DNA of 64,000 nucleotides from positions 101,558,001 through 101,622,000 of the forward strand of contig CM052817.1 in the NCBI GenBank assembly GCA_028534125.1, given 5' to 3'. This DNA comes from Lama glama. Lineage: Eukaryota. Shown one piece after another: positions 23,914 to 36,544 of this stretch (the first letter of the stretch is position 1; every line of letters begins with the position of its first letter). A program made the translations under genes and the position numbers. The notes below the pieces were generated by a model, which did no database searches, was not told the origin of the DNA, and saw only the letters and a list, made by a program, of their open reading frames with translations.

Positions 23914-24440
23914 GAAAGCTCTCATTTTACACAGAATCATTTGCTGTGTAGAATGTACTCTACATAATGCCGTGCATGTGGGCCACTGGCTGGGATGGTC
24001 ACGTGGCTTATTTGGGATCATGTTCCCACTGAGACACACGTGGGCCTGAGAGATTTATCTTTGTAGGGCCCTCTGAAATTTAGCATTCAGAATTGTGAAA
24101 GGGAGAGAAATGTCTGAGAAGAATAGAATCTCAGGTTGGGATTTGTCTAAGTGAGTCGTTTGTATTTCATAAGTTACATTCCTTAAATGAAAGGTTTTCA
24201 TGTGTGGTCGTAACTGTGAACACCCTAATTTCAAGACTCTTGTTCATTTCTGTCTGGATTAATGTATTCTAGATTCTCATCTGCTCTTGTTGGGGCGTGA
24301 TTTACTCTTGTTAATGAAAGGCATCTCAGATGACTTAGAACTTTAAGCCTGTCATTTTCTTTCCTATTTAATTGCACAGAAACAGCCCCCACCCCCCCAA
24401 TCACATTCTGCCCCTCGCCTGGTACACGAAGACCAATTTT

Positions 24441-24955
24441 TAAAATTTTTTTGAATTTTTTTAATTTAAGTATCATGAGTTACAATGTGTCAGTCTCTGA
24501 TGTACAGCATAATGTCCCAGTCATGCATATACATACATTTATTCGTTTTCATATTCTTTTTCGTTGAAGGTTATTTTAAGATATTGAATATAGTCCCTGT
24601 GCTATACAGAAAAAATCTGTTTTTTTTACTCTATTTTTATATATAGTGGCTAGCATTTGTAAATCTCATTCTCCCAAAGTTATCCCTTCCCACCCCCTTT
24701 CCCCCGATAACCATAAGATTGTTTACGATGTCTGAGAGTCTGTTTCTGTTTTGTAGATGAGTTCCTTAGTGTCTTTTTTTAGATTCCACATATTAATGAG
24801 ATCATATTTTTCTTTCTCTTTCTGACTTATTTCACTTAGAACGATGATCTCCAGGTCCATCCATGCTGTTGCAATGGCATTACTTTATTCTTTTTTATGG
24901 CCGAGTAGTATTCCATTGTATAAATATACCACAACTTCTTTATCCAGTCATCTCA
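24441..24955 (-). mobile_element. L1 3' end
   Basis: L1 terminus motifs through tccaggtccatccatgctgttgcaatggc; flanks aagacca(a/t)tttt. Confidence 0.88.
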
Positions 24956-26229
24956 CAAAGACCATTTTTCAGCAAGTAGAGAAAGGTGGTTTTTTCCTCT
25001 CTTTTATCCAATCCCCTAAACTCATACGCCTTCACCACAAAATCATGGCAACACATGTTGTATGAAAGGAGTTTTAATAGTGCTGTCATCTTGACTGTTG
25101 CATTATCTCTTGGTGTGCTTTTCTAAGGCATATTTTCATGTTGAAGAAAAGTACCTAGGAGAAGTAGACTTGGCCTGTTCTGATTTACTTGGAAAAAATA
25201 CTGATGACTTATGTTAAAAGACCTTCTATTTTTTTGTTTGTTTTGCCACTAACCAACTGTCTGACCTTTGATAAGTCATTTAACCCCTCCAAACCACATT
25301 TCCCTCCATCTTCTAAAAGGGAATAATACCATATCCTTATGGGAAAACTACTGAGGAATTATTCTTCCTTTTAGCCATAAAATTCATGAGCTAATTTGTT
25401 ACAATAATGTGGGAGATTTCCAAAGTAGAGAAGTAGATTTTTGTTTGTTTTCCTTTTATAATCGGCCTAGGCACACTTTTGCATAAGAAGTGTCCTACCG
25501 TCCAAACAAATGTGCTTGGCTGGGGCCCTTTCAGAGAGAATTTGTAATCCCAGCGTGTGTGCAGTTGCCCCAAGTGCCTCATGTTTTAGTTCTAGTTTTC
25601 CTTTTTAAGTCAAGATGGCAATACTTTTGTTCTCTTGGGAGAGGAAGACATGGAACACTTAAATTTCTCTGAGAAAAATCAGCATGCTTCAAGGGCAGTT
25701 TGGAGGTGCTGGAACTCCCCCTTGTGGGATTCTGAAATATGTTGTACAGCAAATGAAACAATATTGTTGTTTGTTTTTGTTATGTTCCCAGCTAATAGAA
25801 GAATCTTACTTAACATGGTAAATTCTTAATTCACTCATCCAGAAATTTACCGAGAATGACGAAATAGAAAGTTTTAAAAGATATCAGATAACTGTGCAGA
25901 TAGGATTTTTAGTCGTGTTCAGAAGCATAATTTTGAACTTTTAACATTATTTCAATATTTGGAGAAAAACTTTTTAGGCAAGAGAATTGCCTGTCAGATA
26001 AGACCTTATAGTTAAGTTGTTGTAGATCAAGCAAAACCCAACTTAATTATAAATGATACGTTGACAGTGTATTGATATGGGTTTTTCTTTAAACTTCTTC
26101 TGTGAAGGTTTCAGATCAGAAGCACATGCCAAGTAGCAGGTTTTGATACACACTTTTATTTTATAGCCATTGATTATTGTTTTTTAGTTTCTTGCCCCTT
26201 TCAGGCTGACCCTTTGCAGGTGACCATCG

Positions 26230-27580
26230 GTGGCTGTGCGCCCACTTCTCAGTCCCCAGCTGTCTGCTGAGTGCCGGTTAAGTGGTAGGCATCATGGTAA
26301 AAGCATCAGACAGGGTGCTTACAGTCTGCTGCGGCAGGCAGACCTTGAGCAAGTTGTGACGTTGTAATGAGGGGTGTTACAGAAGGTCAGGTGAAAGCTG
26401 CTGTGGGTGTAGGTAACGGCACTTAACTGAGCTGTGGTGTCACGGATGACCTCCCCGAGAGGGAAGTCTAAGCTGGGACATGAAGGATGAATCAGGTTTT
26501 GTTAGGCAGAGGGGAGGGTAGGTTGGAGATGTGAGTTTTGAGCCAAGGAACAGAGGCTGAAAGTAAAACAGAGCAGAAAGGAGACCAGTGAGGCTGGAGT
26601 GTAAACAGGGAGGTGGATCCTGAGGTTTATGGCTACAGTTAAGGATTTGGGACTCTGGCCAAGCTGGGAGTCTTTGAAGGGTTTTAAGCCGGTAGTGACA
26701 TGACCTGCTTTGCTTATTTGTAAACTCATTCTTGATGCAGAGTGGAGAGTGGAGTGAGGAGGGCAGAGGTGGACACGGGGAGACTGGGAGGAAGTTACTG
26801 CACAGCTTGCCTGCATCTTACCACTTCCCTCCCACTCGGACAGGGCTCTGTGAACTTTTTCTGTAAAGGCCCAGAGAGTAGTTATTTTTGGCCTTTTAGG
26901 CCATGTGACCTCTGTTGCAAGGACTCAGCTCTGCCGTAGACAGTGTCCAAGAGAAAGAGCATGGCTGTGTTCCAGTGGGACGTTATTTACAAACACAGCC
27001 AGCAGGTGGGGTGTGGCTCGCGGGCATGGTTAGCCGACTGACCCCTGATCTTGAGGGTCCGTCTTAGGAATGAAGAGAAGTGAAGGGATTCGAGGCTCTG
27101 CTGAGTAGGTGCAGCCAGGATTCCTTGGTGGTGGATGTGTTTGAGGAGGGTGAGTGAGGAGGTGGAGTGAGGTTGGTTTTCAGGTTTCTGGCTTAAACCC
27201 GGTGTGAAGGATGGTGCAGAGATGGGGCCCACAGCCAGCTGGCTGTCGCGGGGTGTGTGAGGATCCAGACGGGTGCCCCGTCGTTGGTTGGACACGTGGG
27301 TGTGCAGAGAGGTCTGAGCTGGTGAGGTGAGTGTGGGCGGTCCCGCGTGTCGCAGATTCCTGCAGGGAGAGTGGTGAGGGCAAAAGACAGGATCCAGACT
27401 GACTCCAGCCCCTGGTGGACAGAGCAGGAGGAGCCGGGGAAGGAGAGAAGCCAAGAGAAGGAGAAGCTCCTCATGGCATCATGCTGGGGAGAAGGGTCAG
27501 GAAAAAGAGAGGTTTCTACTGGATTTGGACACCAGGAAGTCATTTATAACTATGCTCAACACAGTTTCGGGGACTAGTGG
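26230..27580 (-). mobile_element. L2 remnant interrupted by MER58
   Basis: ctaagctgggacatgaaggatga, aaggatttgggactct...tgaagggttttaagc...gtgacatgacctg. Confidence 0.65.
26841..27047. mobile_element. MER58A-like hAT-Charlie MITE
   Basis: CAGGG...aactttttctgtaaaggcccaga...ggctgtgttccag...ttatttacaaa...gacccctg; terminal inverted ends. Confidence 0.8.
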
Positions 27581-27796
27581 GCTTTTTTTGGTTTATGTCT
27601 TTGATGTGGGACTTATTCACAGAAAGACAAATTTAAAAATCCAGCTTTTAAGACTTGAGGCTCAGTTTACAGATGTTTATTACCCATGTAAGTGTAGCTG
27701 ATAGTCGCAGTTTTGCAAAGAGCCGTTGGTTAACATTGGGGGCGGTTTACGAGCTGGGTTAAACTCATTTTTACTACACTTTACAATGTAATATGC

Positions 27797-27932
27797 TGTG
27801 GTCCCTTGGCACCTGCCGGGGATTGGTTCCTGCACCCTGGCTTGGATACCAAACTCCGAGGATGCTCAAGTTCCTGACCGTCAGCCCTCTGTATCTGCCG
27901 GTTCCGCATGCACAGAACTGAGGAGCAACTGT
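27797..27932. mobile_element. MER2/Tigger2-like MITE
   Basis: ggggattggttcc...gataccaaactccgaggatgctcaagttcctga...ccctctgtatctg. Confidence 0.65.
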
Positions 27933-28965
27933 GTTTTATTCTCGTTTAGTACTTTCATTGCTGGATGACAGTAGTAGTCATTAAAAAATGTGTTTTTATA
28001 TAATGTACTTAGGTAATCCTTATAAATCTAACAAATTAAACCCAACTGTGGTGATTCTACTTAAAACTGAATCAACTGGACACCCACAGTTAAGTCAGCC
28101 AAAGCTTTGGGGAATGCCTTCTTACCTGGCTGAGATTTCCTGGTGTTCTGACTGTGACTGCCAGGCCAGGTGGCTTTTTGGTCATCGCTATGCCAGACAC
28201 GTCAAATGAACAAAAGGAGAACTCTCCGCTGAGATCCTTTAGATTCACGTGCTGCACCGCCTGCCTTTTGTGGGTATTTGCCGTCTGCTGCCCCCACCCT
28301 CCCACCCAAATGGCTGTATCCCCTGATTGGACTTTGCGTTTCCTCGTCTTCAAAATATGCCGGTATTATCCCACATGGCGGTTAAGATCTTTGAACGTCT
28401 CGAAATTCTACATTCTTTTCATATACTTTTGTCTCTTCAACCCACATCCCTTCCACATATTAAAAATGATAGCCAGGTGAACTTTGGGCGTCTCTGGTTT
28501 TCTCATGGCTTCTAAGGTCATTCTAGTGATGGGAGGCTGACGTGAGAACTGTTGACTGGCTCTCCCTGGGTGACCCTACTTTTAAATTAAAGCAGACTCC
28601 TATGCAGGAACAGAATGTTTAGAAAGTATAAGAAATACCAAACTACAGTGTTCCTGTGTATGTTTAGAAATTATTTATCTGCTTGTTGCCATAATAGGAA
28701 TTTTCGTGTCACCCAAGGGTGAGCTTATGATTTCCATTAGAAGTAAGCTCAGTGACAGGACAGATTTTTCTCTGTTTTATTCACTACTGTATTTCCAGTA
28801 ATAGAATTATACCCAGCATTTAGCAGATACCCAAATTTGTGTTGAATAAATAAAATGAATGAATGAATGTAATTTCTAAATAAATGATAGATTGTTTACT
28901 ATTAATACTAGATTGAACCTTTTGCTTCCTTTTAAGTTCTTTCCCCCCCTCTTTTTTTCTTCCAG

Positions 28966-29043
28966 GCAGAAACCACTAATACTAGCCTCTTACAGGTGCA
29001 ACTGGAATGCAGTTTACATAATAAAGTGTGTCAGCAATTAAAG
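28966..29043 (+). CDS. TMEM131L: TMEM131L exon 8
   Basis: ttccag|...AAG|gtaaaa; 78 nt; [26 protein letters not shown]. Confidence 0.96.
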
Positions 29044-29229
29044 GTAAAATGAAAAATTGTGTTTTCTTCCTGGGTTCCTTCCTGCCTCTTTGTTTAAAAA
29101 TAAATGTTCTGTTCTCAGAAATGCACACGTCCTCACCATAAATGCTCCCCCCCCACTGTAGAATTCGAAATAAAAAAAATTCAGATTTTTTTTGAGTTCT
29201 TCCTTTCTTTCCCACCCCTCCGATCTCAG

Positions 29230-29383
29230 AGTTGTTACGTGGAATCTGATGATGTTTTACGGCTACAAATGAGCATAATTGTGACAATGGGAAACTCCTC
29301 CAAAGAATTTGAAGAAAACACACAAGATTTGTTAGATCATCTCTCTATCATTTATGTAGCGACAGATAAATCTGAGACTTCAG
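29230..29383 (+). CDS. TMEM131L: TMEM131L exon 9
   Basis: ctcag|...CAG|gtaagg; 154 nt; [51 protein letters not shown]. Confidence 0.96.
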
Positions 29384-29776
29384 GTAAGGTGGAGTCTGAA
29401 AATTTCTATTCTATTTCGATCAACCTGCATCATGATTCTCTACCATTTGCTTGCAGATTGTATCACTGCAGTGCAAAAGAGAGAGCCTTTGCTTTCATTA
29501 TGAACAGCTTCCAATAGTAGCTGGTTCTCAGCCTGCATCTGCTAGTAAGGCTGTAATAGTTTGGAGTAAATTGAACGTTAACTGCAAACCATTCTGCTCT
29601 TCCCTGGGAATAATTTTTCTTGGAGTTCTGGAGAGAGTGAACAAGTCAAATGGGCACTGCAGCGTAATACAAATATTCACGAAGTATTTGAACTCCTCTG
29701 TCTCTTGTTACAGTTTTACTGATTGGCAGCAGCTCAGTTGACCGTATCATACTGTTTGTATTTTTAATAGTTAATT

Positions 29777-29915
29777 GGGGGGAGGGTACAGCTCAAGTGT
29801 TAGAGTGCATGCTTGGCATGCACAAGGTCCTGGGTTCGATCCCCAGTACCTCTGTTAAAAAATAATAATAATAAAATAAAATAAATAAAAACCTAATTAC
29901 CCCCCTTCCAAAAAA
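29777..29915 (+). mobile_element. Vic-1-type SINE
   Basis: Head and tail match; TSD aatagtt(a/g)attgg. Confidence 0.9.
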
Positions 29916-30813
29916 ATAGTTGATTGGATGCTGCTTGTTCCTGGGTGCCCGACAGGTTACAGCAGTGCAGATTTTAGTGTTTATTTCTATGCCTTTTATC
30001 TCTGAAATTGTGTGTTTCAGTTACTTACCAAAAATAACCTAGTTTATCAGTTTGAGTTTCTAAGAGATTTTGCAGGAGACACATACTATGTGATCTGTGA
30101 CATTTATTATGTAGGGTTTGCTCTTACCCAGTGGTTATCAATGCTGTTTGTTGTGGGGTGTGTGTGTGTGTGTGTGTGTATACACATACACATTCAGAGA
30201 AAGAAATGGTCCCAGAGTGTCCTTTTACATTGGCAGTCTTAACTCTGTCCTTCCCAGTCCGCAGATTTAGTTGTGTTGTAGTCAGGGGTCAGCAGGAAAG
30301 CTTCCTGCCCTTGGGTTCACAGTTCTTGGTGATTCCCAGAATGTCCAGGTGGACCTCAGTGTAGAGAAGACCCCTGTCCCATGAGGAGCACTTCTCTTGG
30401 GGAGGATGAAAAGGAAGGCTGCATTTTGAGATCCCAGGGTTTTGTTTTTCCTGAGTGGAAATAAGGAAATGAGGGGCTGTCTAATCAGCAGGAGGACCTG
30501 GCTTTATTTGAAACTGTCCAGTTGGTTAGTTTCATCCAGGGGAGTCATAATACGGCCCTGAAGTTAGACTTTTTCTATGGGTAGTTCATCATTCAGAGAG
30601 CCTGGGGTGGTAGGTCAGTCCTTTTGCCACTGCCCTTTCTCTTGTCACTTAAAAGAATATCCAACAGAAAGTAGCTCCTCATTTCAATTTTAGTGTTGAA
30701 GAACGAGTTACGTTTTTTAATAGAAATGTGTAATGTGATATTTTAACTACTGTGTGAAGGGGTGAGAAGATGGTCCTTTGTTTTAATCTCATTTCTCTGA
30801 TTCTTTTGGGCAG

Positions 30814-30872
30814 ATGATTCGGCGGTAAATATGTATATATTGCATTCAGGAGACAGCCTTCTATGGATACAG
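30814..30872 (+). CDS. TMEM131L: TMEM131L exon 10
   Basis: ggcag|...CAG|gtaatt; 59 nt; DDSAVNMYILHSGDSLLWIQ. Confidence 0.95.
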
Positions 30873-31179
30873 GTAATTGTAAATGCTTGCATGAGGTGGA
30901 TTTTAAACTTACAAGTGTATATGGCATTGCAGAACATGAGGATTTTTGAGGAAACACTTGTCTCTGTTCTCTTCTGCAATGATTTAAACCTGTTTTCGCT
31001 GCTTGAACCCATGTTTGGACGAAGGTCGTCTGCACCCCTTCGTCCTGTTACAGGCTTATCTGCTAAGTAGTTGTGGTGTACACCAGTCTGAGCTACCTAG
31101 TCATTGGAACAGAGTTAATTCAAACCGGATACAGCTTCGCCTGGCTGAGAGCAGTCCTGTGGATTGTTTTTTGTTACAG

Positions 31180-31288
31180 GATGTCCATCATTTCTCACAG
31201 AGAGATGCCCTGTCTCTGCAGTTTGAACCAGTGCTCCTACCTACTTCTGCAACAAACTTTACAAAAATTGCTTCTTTTACTTGCAAAG
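31180..31288 (+). CDS. TMEM131L: TMEM131L exon 11
   Basis: ttacag|...AAG|gtacag; 109 nt; [36 protein letters not shown]. Confidence 0.95.
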
Positions 31289-31481
31289 GTACAGATTTAA
31301 AAAATACTGAAGGTTGTCTTTGTGTTTTGGGTATCTAGCTGTTAGGATGGCCATTCTTTCTGTAAAATGACTCCCAGCTACAGCTTAGGCAAGGCTGTAA
31401 GAAATGAATGGGTTTGGTTTCAGTTCCACAGCCTTGGTAGTTCTGAGATAGCATGATGGAAGAAGTGATTGATGCTGCCAC

Positions 31482-31582
31482 TTTTTTTGGTGGCGGGGAG
31501 GAGGTAATTAGTTTATCTGTTATCTGAACCCAGGACCTCGTGCATGCTAAGCACACACTTTACCACTGAGCTATGCCCTCCC
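31482..31582 (-). mobile_element. Vic-1-type SINE (internally deleted)
   Basis: gaacccaggacctcgtgcatgctaagcacacactttaccactgagctat. Confidence 0.85.
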
Positions 31583-32276
31583 ATTGGTGATGTGGCTTTC
31601 ATTCTGCTACATGTGTAGAATTTTGAATTTGTAAACCATCACTCAGTTGGCGATTTGAAAGACCAGGTTGCAAATGCATCTGATGGACGTGCTGCTTTTA
31701 CAAAGAGGTGGTGCTGCCCCAGTTTTGTTTCTTTGTATAGAACGTGGTGCAGACTGACTAGCGCTGGAGTATAAACCTAATCCTTTAGGCTCTTACTTAG
31801 AGTTAAAAATATTTCTGTAAAGAAATGCAGATAAACATATAAAAACAAGCCCCACCTCACTCATACTGAAAGATATGCTAAGGCAATAAGTGAGATATAA
31901 TTTATTACTTAGCTCTGTTGAAGATCATTAAAGACTGTTGATGTTCCATTTTGGTAATGATTAGGAAGAAAAAAAGCACTCATATTTTTGACACAGGTAT
32001 AAATTGATACAGGCTTTTTGGAGGGAAAATTGGTGATCTCTATGAAAATGAATGAACGTACATGTTATGGGCTTTAATCCTTAATTCTACCTTTAGAAAT
32101 TTATCTGCATATACACTCGTATATGTGTTCAGAACTCTACCTGCAGAAATGTGCATTGTTTGTGCAACAGAGCATCTCCTGACAGGAGACTGGTTACATT
32201 GTGGTTTATCATTTCCTTCAGTAATGAAAGAAGAGATACTTACCCTTCACATTTATTTCCTTCTGCCTCCAAACAG

Positions 32277-32373
32277 CTACGTTGTCGTGTGACAGTGGAA
32301 TGAAAGAAGATGTGAAGGAAACAAAACACACTCCAACACTAAAAGCCTGCCTCTCCGCTCCTGTGGTTCAAGG
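32277..32373 (+). CDS. TMEM131L: TMEM131L exon 12
   Basis: aaacag|...AGG|gtgggt; 97 nt; [33 protein letters not shown]. Confidence 0.93.
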
Positions 32374-32988
32374 GTGGGTTAATTCCACTTTCCCTGGAAT
32401 CGTATGTTTTTTTTCCCCTCCCCATCTAAAGATGATTTAAAAATGTAACTGAACTCTGGAGAAAAGGGATGGTTGTACGAAGTTTTAAGACGTTTGTTCT
32501 GTGGTGCAGGCTGCAATCTTTTCCCGTGGCCCCTATGTATTTTATGTACAAAAAAAAATTTACAGGTATATGACTGAGACTCATCTGATTCTCTCTTCAG
32601 GATTTGCCTTCCCTGCTACAGGCAGTGCGAGGGTGGTTTGCAGAGTGGGAAGGAGGAACCTGAAGGTCTTGTATGGGCTCCGGCCAGGTAGCCAGGTGCA
32701 GGGTGGGGGTAGGAAGAAGTACCCCCGCCATGTTTCTGAGTTACTTTCAGGTCCTAGTTTTGCCCTGTGGCCTCTGTGAGCCATCCTGGTCCTGGCCCCA
32801 TTGCACCCTCTGGCCTTCAGATGCTCCCCCGTGGGCAGGAGAGTTGAGGAAGGTGATGGGTTCCGTCCTTTCCAGCGCTAGCATTCATTTTCTGATGTTC
32901 TGTGATGCTGTTCTTCTTGAATCTCGTGAGATTCTTGTGAGACGGTCTCACACTCGGGGCTGACGGCACGCACGTCTTGTGTTCACAG

Positions 32989-33142
32989 GTACTTTAGAAT
33001 GGACTCCTCTGCAACCCAGTTTCACATGGAGACTCACGAGAACGCGTCAGGACTTTGGTCAATGTGGTACCTCAACCATTTTGACCGTAGCGTTGTCTTG
33101 CATGATGTGTTTGTTTCCAAGGAGACCAAGCACATTTTAAAG
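32989..33142 (+). CDS. TMEM131L: TMEM131L exon 13
   Basis: tcacag|...AAG|gtacac; 154 nt; [51 protein letters not shown]. Confidence 0.96.
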
Positions 33143-33715
33143 GTACACATGGAAGCTACACATGGTACTTTCATCCAAATTGGAGCCTATTTTAACTGGT
33201 TTCAAGTCAAATGCTGTGAACTTGATATTTACAGGATGTAATTTTTACTGATAAATTTTAAAGCAAGTGTTTTTCTTTTCACATTTTCAGAATTACTTTG
33301 AGGCTCTCTTTACTTTTTTCAAACTGTTGTTCAAGTAGCTCACAGAGACCAGGATATATCGATTGGAGATATTTGCTATTACCATGAGTTAAAAGTATTG
33401 TAAATTATAATTTGTCCTAAAAAGATGATATTTAGTAAAAATAAGCCTGGTTCATGAGGAGAGAGTAGGTTTTTGTAAAATACCACAAATGAAAACTTCA
33501 AGATGACTTTTGTGAAATTTAAAAACACTGGCATGTTAAATATTATGTGAGGTGTACCACTTATCTAAAAATATTTCAATTTTTGACCTGGAGATAATTG
33601 CATAAAATGGTATTTCTCGAAGTGGAAAAGAACGTTAGTATGATACATTATAATGATTTTAATCCTAACTAGTGGTATTTAGGAAAGTAATTTCTCTTAC
33701 TTCTTTTCTTTATAG

Positions 33716-33886
33716 ATTCTGAATTTCACTGGCCCTTTATTTCTACCTCCAGGCTGTTGGAAAATATTTTCTTTGAAACTTGCTGTTAAAGACATTGCCA
33801 TAAATCTATTCACCCATGTATTTCTGACTACCAACATAGGTGCCAGTTTTGTAATACCTCTGCATATTTACTCAGCCCCGACCAAG
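33716..33886 (+). CDS. TMEM131L: TMEM131L exon 14
   Basis: ttatag|...AAG|gtattg; 171 nt; [57 protein letters not shown]. Confidence 0.96.
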
Positions 33887-35161
33887 GTATTGTCCACATG
33901 CTATATATGTGTTATGATTTTTGTAATAATGACTGTTTCTTTGTATTAATTTATCTCATGGTGCTTGGATTTTATTGACCGGGTTAAAATGATGTTCTTG
34001 AAGGCTATCTAAGGAATTGAAGGACATTATCAGGACAGTCTTAGGTGATAAACTATTTAGATATGGAAATCTTTATTTAGAAAGAATTTCTATTTTTCTG
34101 AAGTAATCTGAGGTAATTCTTGAATGAAATAAGACACTGCAAGTTGAAGATCTCTTTCATTTATTTCCAGAATTTATAGAGCAAGGCGTATGTGCCTGCT
34201 GTAGAAAACACAGTTGAACTTTTAGGGCATACTTGCAATGACTTCAGATAAACTAAATTGTTAACTGCTTTATTTAGACGTCTGGTAAGTGACTCTCAGT
34301 TGCTGACAATCCTTGAATATCCTTAACGGGCCAAATCTAAAGCCTGCAAGGGTCCACAGTTAAAATGCTTTCTAAAATCTGGGTCTGTTGTATTTAGTTT
34401 AAATCTTAGCTTAAACATGCCTCATTTTTTCTTAATGTTTCTTTCTTTTCATTTAGTTACTGTTATTGCTTCTTTTGGATCCAAGCTATTCTGTATAATG
34501 CTGGGTTCTAATTTTTCACTATGAGACATTCATGCAACCATCTTTATGATTTTTCTCACTTACTTAGCGTTGGTGTTTCATAGATAGACATGCCTCATGT
34601 TTCGCTATAAGCATAAAGACAGGGCTTCTAAAATGAAACTAAACAAAACGCAAGGTTAATTCCATTCATCCCTATTTTGAGCAGGGGAGGTTTCATAGAA
34701 ATTTCCTTCTTCCAAATCAGCGATGCTTTACAAGCAGAGTGACCGTGGATGGGAGCAGGCAGGTTGCAGGTGTGTGTGGAAGTTGCCGGTCCGCATTTTC
34801 CTAACCTAGGAAGCGGGGCATTCTAATACTAAAGGATTAGAATACAGTTTTTTAAAAACCCTACTAAGAATGTTCTCTTAATTCCGAAGGCAGCCTGGTG
34901 TCTGTTGGGCCCAGGGTTTGTCACTCTGGGCATTGATTATGATGATTGATTATGGGCACAGAATCCACTCCCTGTGAGAGACAGGGAGAGCTGTCACTCA
35001 AGGGCACAGAAAGCCAGGAATCTGCTTTCTAGTTGTTTGGCTTCTGGTAAAAGGGAAGCTCACTGAGGTGGAGGCCAACGCCAGCTACGCATTTGAGTGC
35101 ATGAGGGTTTTTGTGTTTAGTGTTGTGCTTTAAGTTATTCATATATTACTTTTCAATCTAG

Positions 35162-35231
35162 GAAGGGAGTCTGGGTTTTGAAGTGATAGCACATTGTGGC
35201 ATGCATTATTTCATGGGAAAATCAAAAGCGG
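35162..35231 (+). CDS. TMEM131L: TMEM131L exon 15
   Basis: atctag|...CGG|gtaagt; 70 nt; [23 protein letters not shown]. Confidence 0.96.
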
Positions 35232-36313
35232 GTAAGTATTTTGCCCTTAGGTTTTCTGTAGAACTCTAGTTTGGGGTGGGGTGGGAAGTAGTGAGCAAAA
35301 TTAGCATCTGTAGATGAAATCATTAGTCCTATTCACGTAATTGCATCATATTCTATTCTCAAAGAGCATGATCATTAATGGAATGACTTGATACTGTTAA
35401 GAATCCTCCAAAAACATCTGAGGTGCTCGGGTAATTAATGCCCCCTTAAAGCGGCTTGTCCTTTTCACGAGGGTTTTCTTCAGACATGTTATTTAAGCAT
35501 CATAGCAACCTTGTCACGAGGAAAAATTGGAAGATTCTGGTTCCTTTATAAAAGGGCTAACTAGAAGTTGGTAAAAAATAATGTGAAACTGAATTTGAAG
35601 ACGTCAGGATAGGAGCATGAACGTCTTACAGGGAGCGCTAGTGCTGTGTGAACCGACGGCCAGGGCGTTGAGGTAAAGCCGTCTCTAGGTCTTTCCCTGC
35701 CTTTTGGCTTATTAAAAATATTTAACCTAAGGGGAGCATTCTAGTACAGAGATTTCTTTTGGGAGATGCTGATAACGCTCTTCAGCACAGACAAGACAGA
35801 ATGGATAGGCCAGGAGGGCGCGGTGAGCAGGGCACCAGTTTATAAACTTAAACACACACCTTCTCTCTGCGGAGCCCTGCTGGTGTCCTCTTCTGAGGTT
35901 TGCCGTTTGTCCATCAGCCTTCAACAGAGTAAACTGACTCAGATGATGACCAGCACTGACCTGGAGATAGTTTAGCTTTTTAGATTGAAAGCTGTTAAAC
36001 ATGTTCCAAGTATAATTTTAACTTGTTTCAGGCTGTCTCCATGAGCCATGCGTCTTTTATGTTATTACCTTCACATAATTCGATTGAGTTTTGTTTTACG
36101 CATGTTTGTTTGAGTTGGTATATCATTTGCCATCGAGTTAGAGGGGCTTTCAGGACAGTAGTCAGAGGAGAGAGGGGGGCACTGATCACTTTACCCGCCT
36201 CTCATTTTGAGAAGTTTTGAACACTCAGCCCTTGGCATTACTTACTAAGCAAATTGTGGGGTGTTTTTTTTTTTTTTGGTACATCTAACTAGTAAATCTG
36301 ATCTAACTTTTAG

Positions 36314-36431
36314 AAAATCCTAATTGGGAAGGGAGCCTTTCTCTGGATCGGTCTACCTGGGATGTGGATTCCGAACTTTCAAATAAGTTGTATGAAAGAT
36401 GGAAGAAATTTAAAAATGGTGATGTCTGCAG
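36314..36431 (+). CDS. TMEM131L: TMEM131L exon 16
   Basis: ttttag|...CAG|gtaggt; 118 nt; [39 protein letters not shown]. Confidence 0.96.
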
Positions 36432-36544
36432 GTAGGTCTTCACCCTTCTTCATTTCATTTACTTAGCACTGGGGAGACAGTTCAACCTAGGACTTTATTG
36501 AAATTTCAGTACGTAATTTTTTAATAATTGAGATTTTTCTCTCC

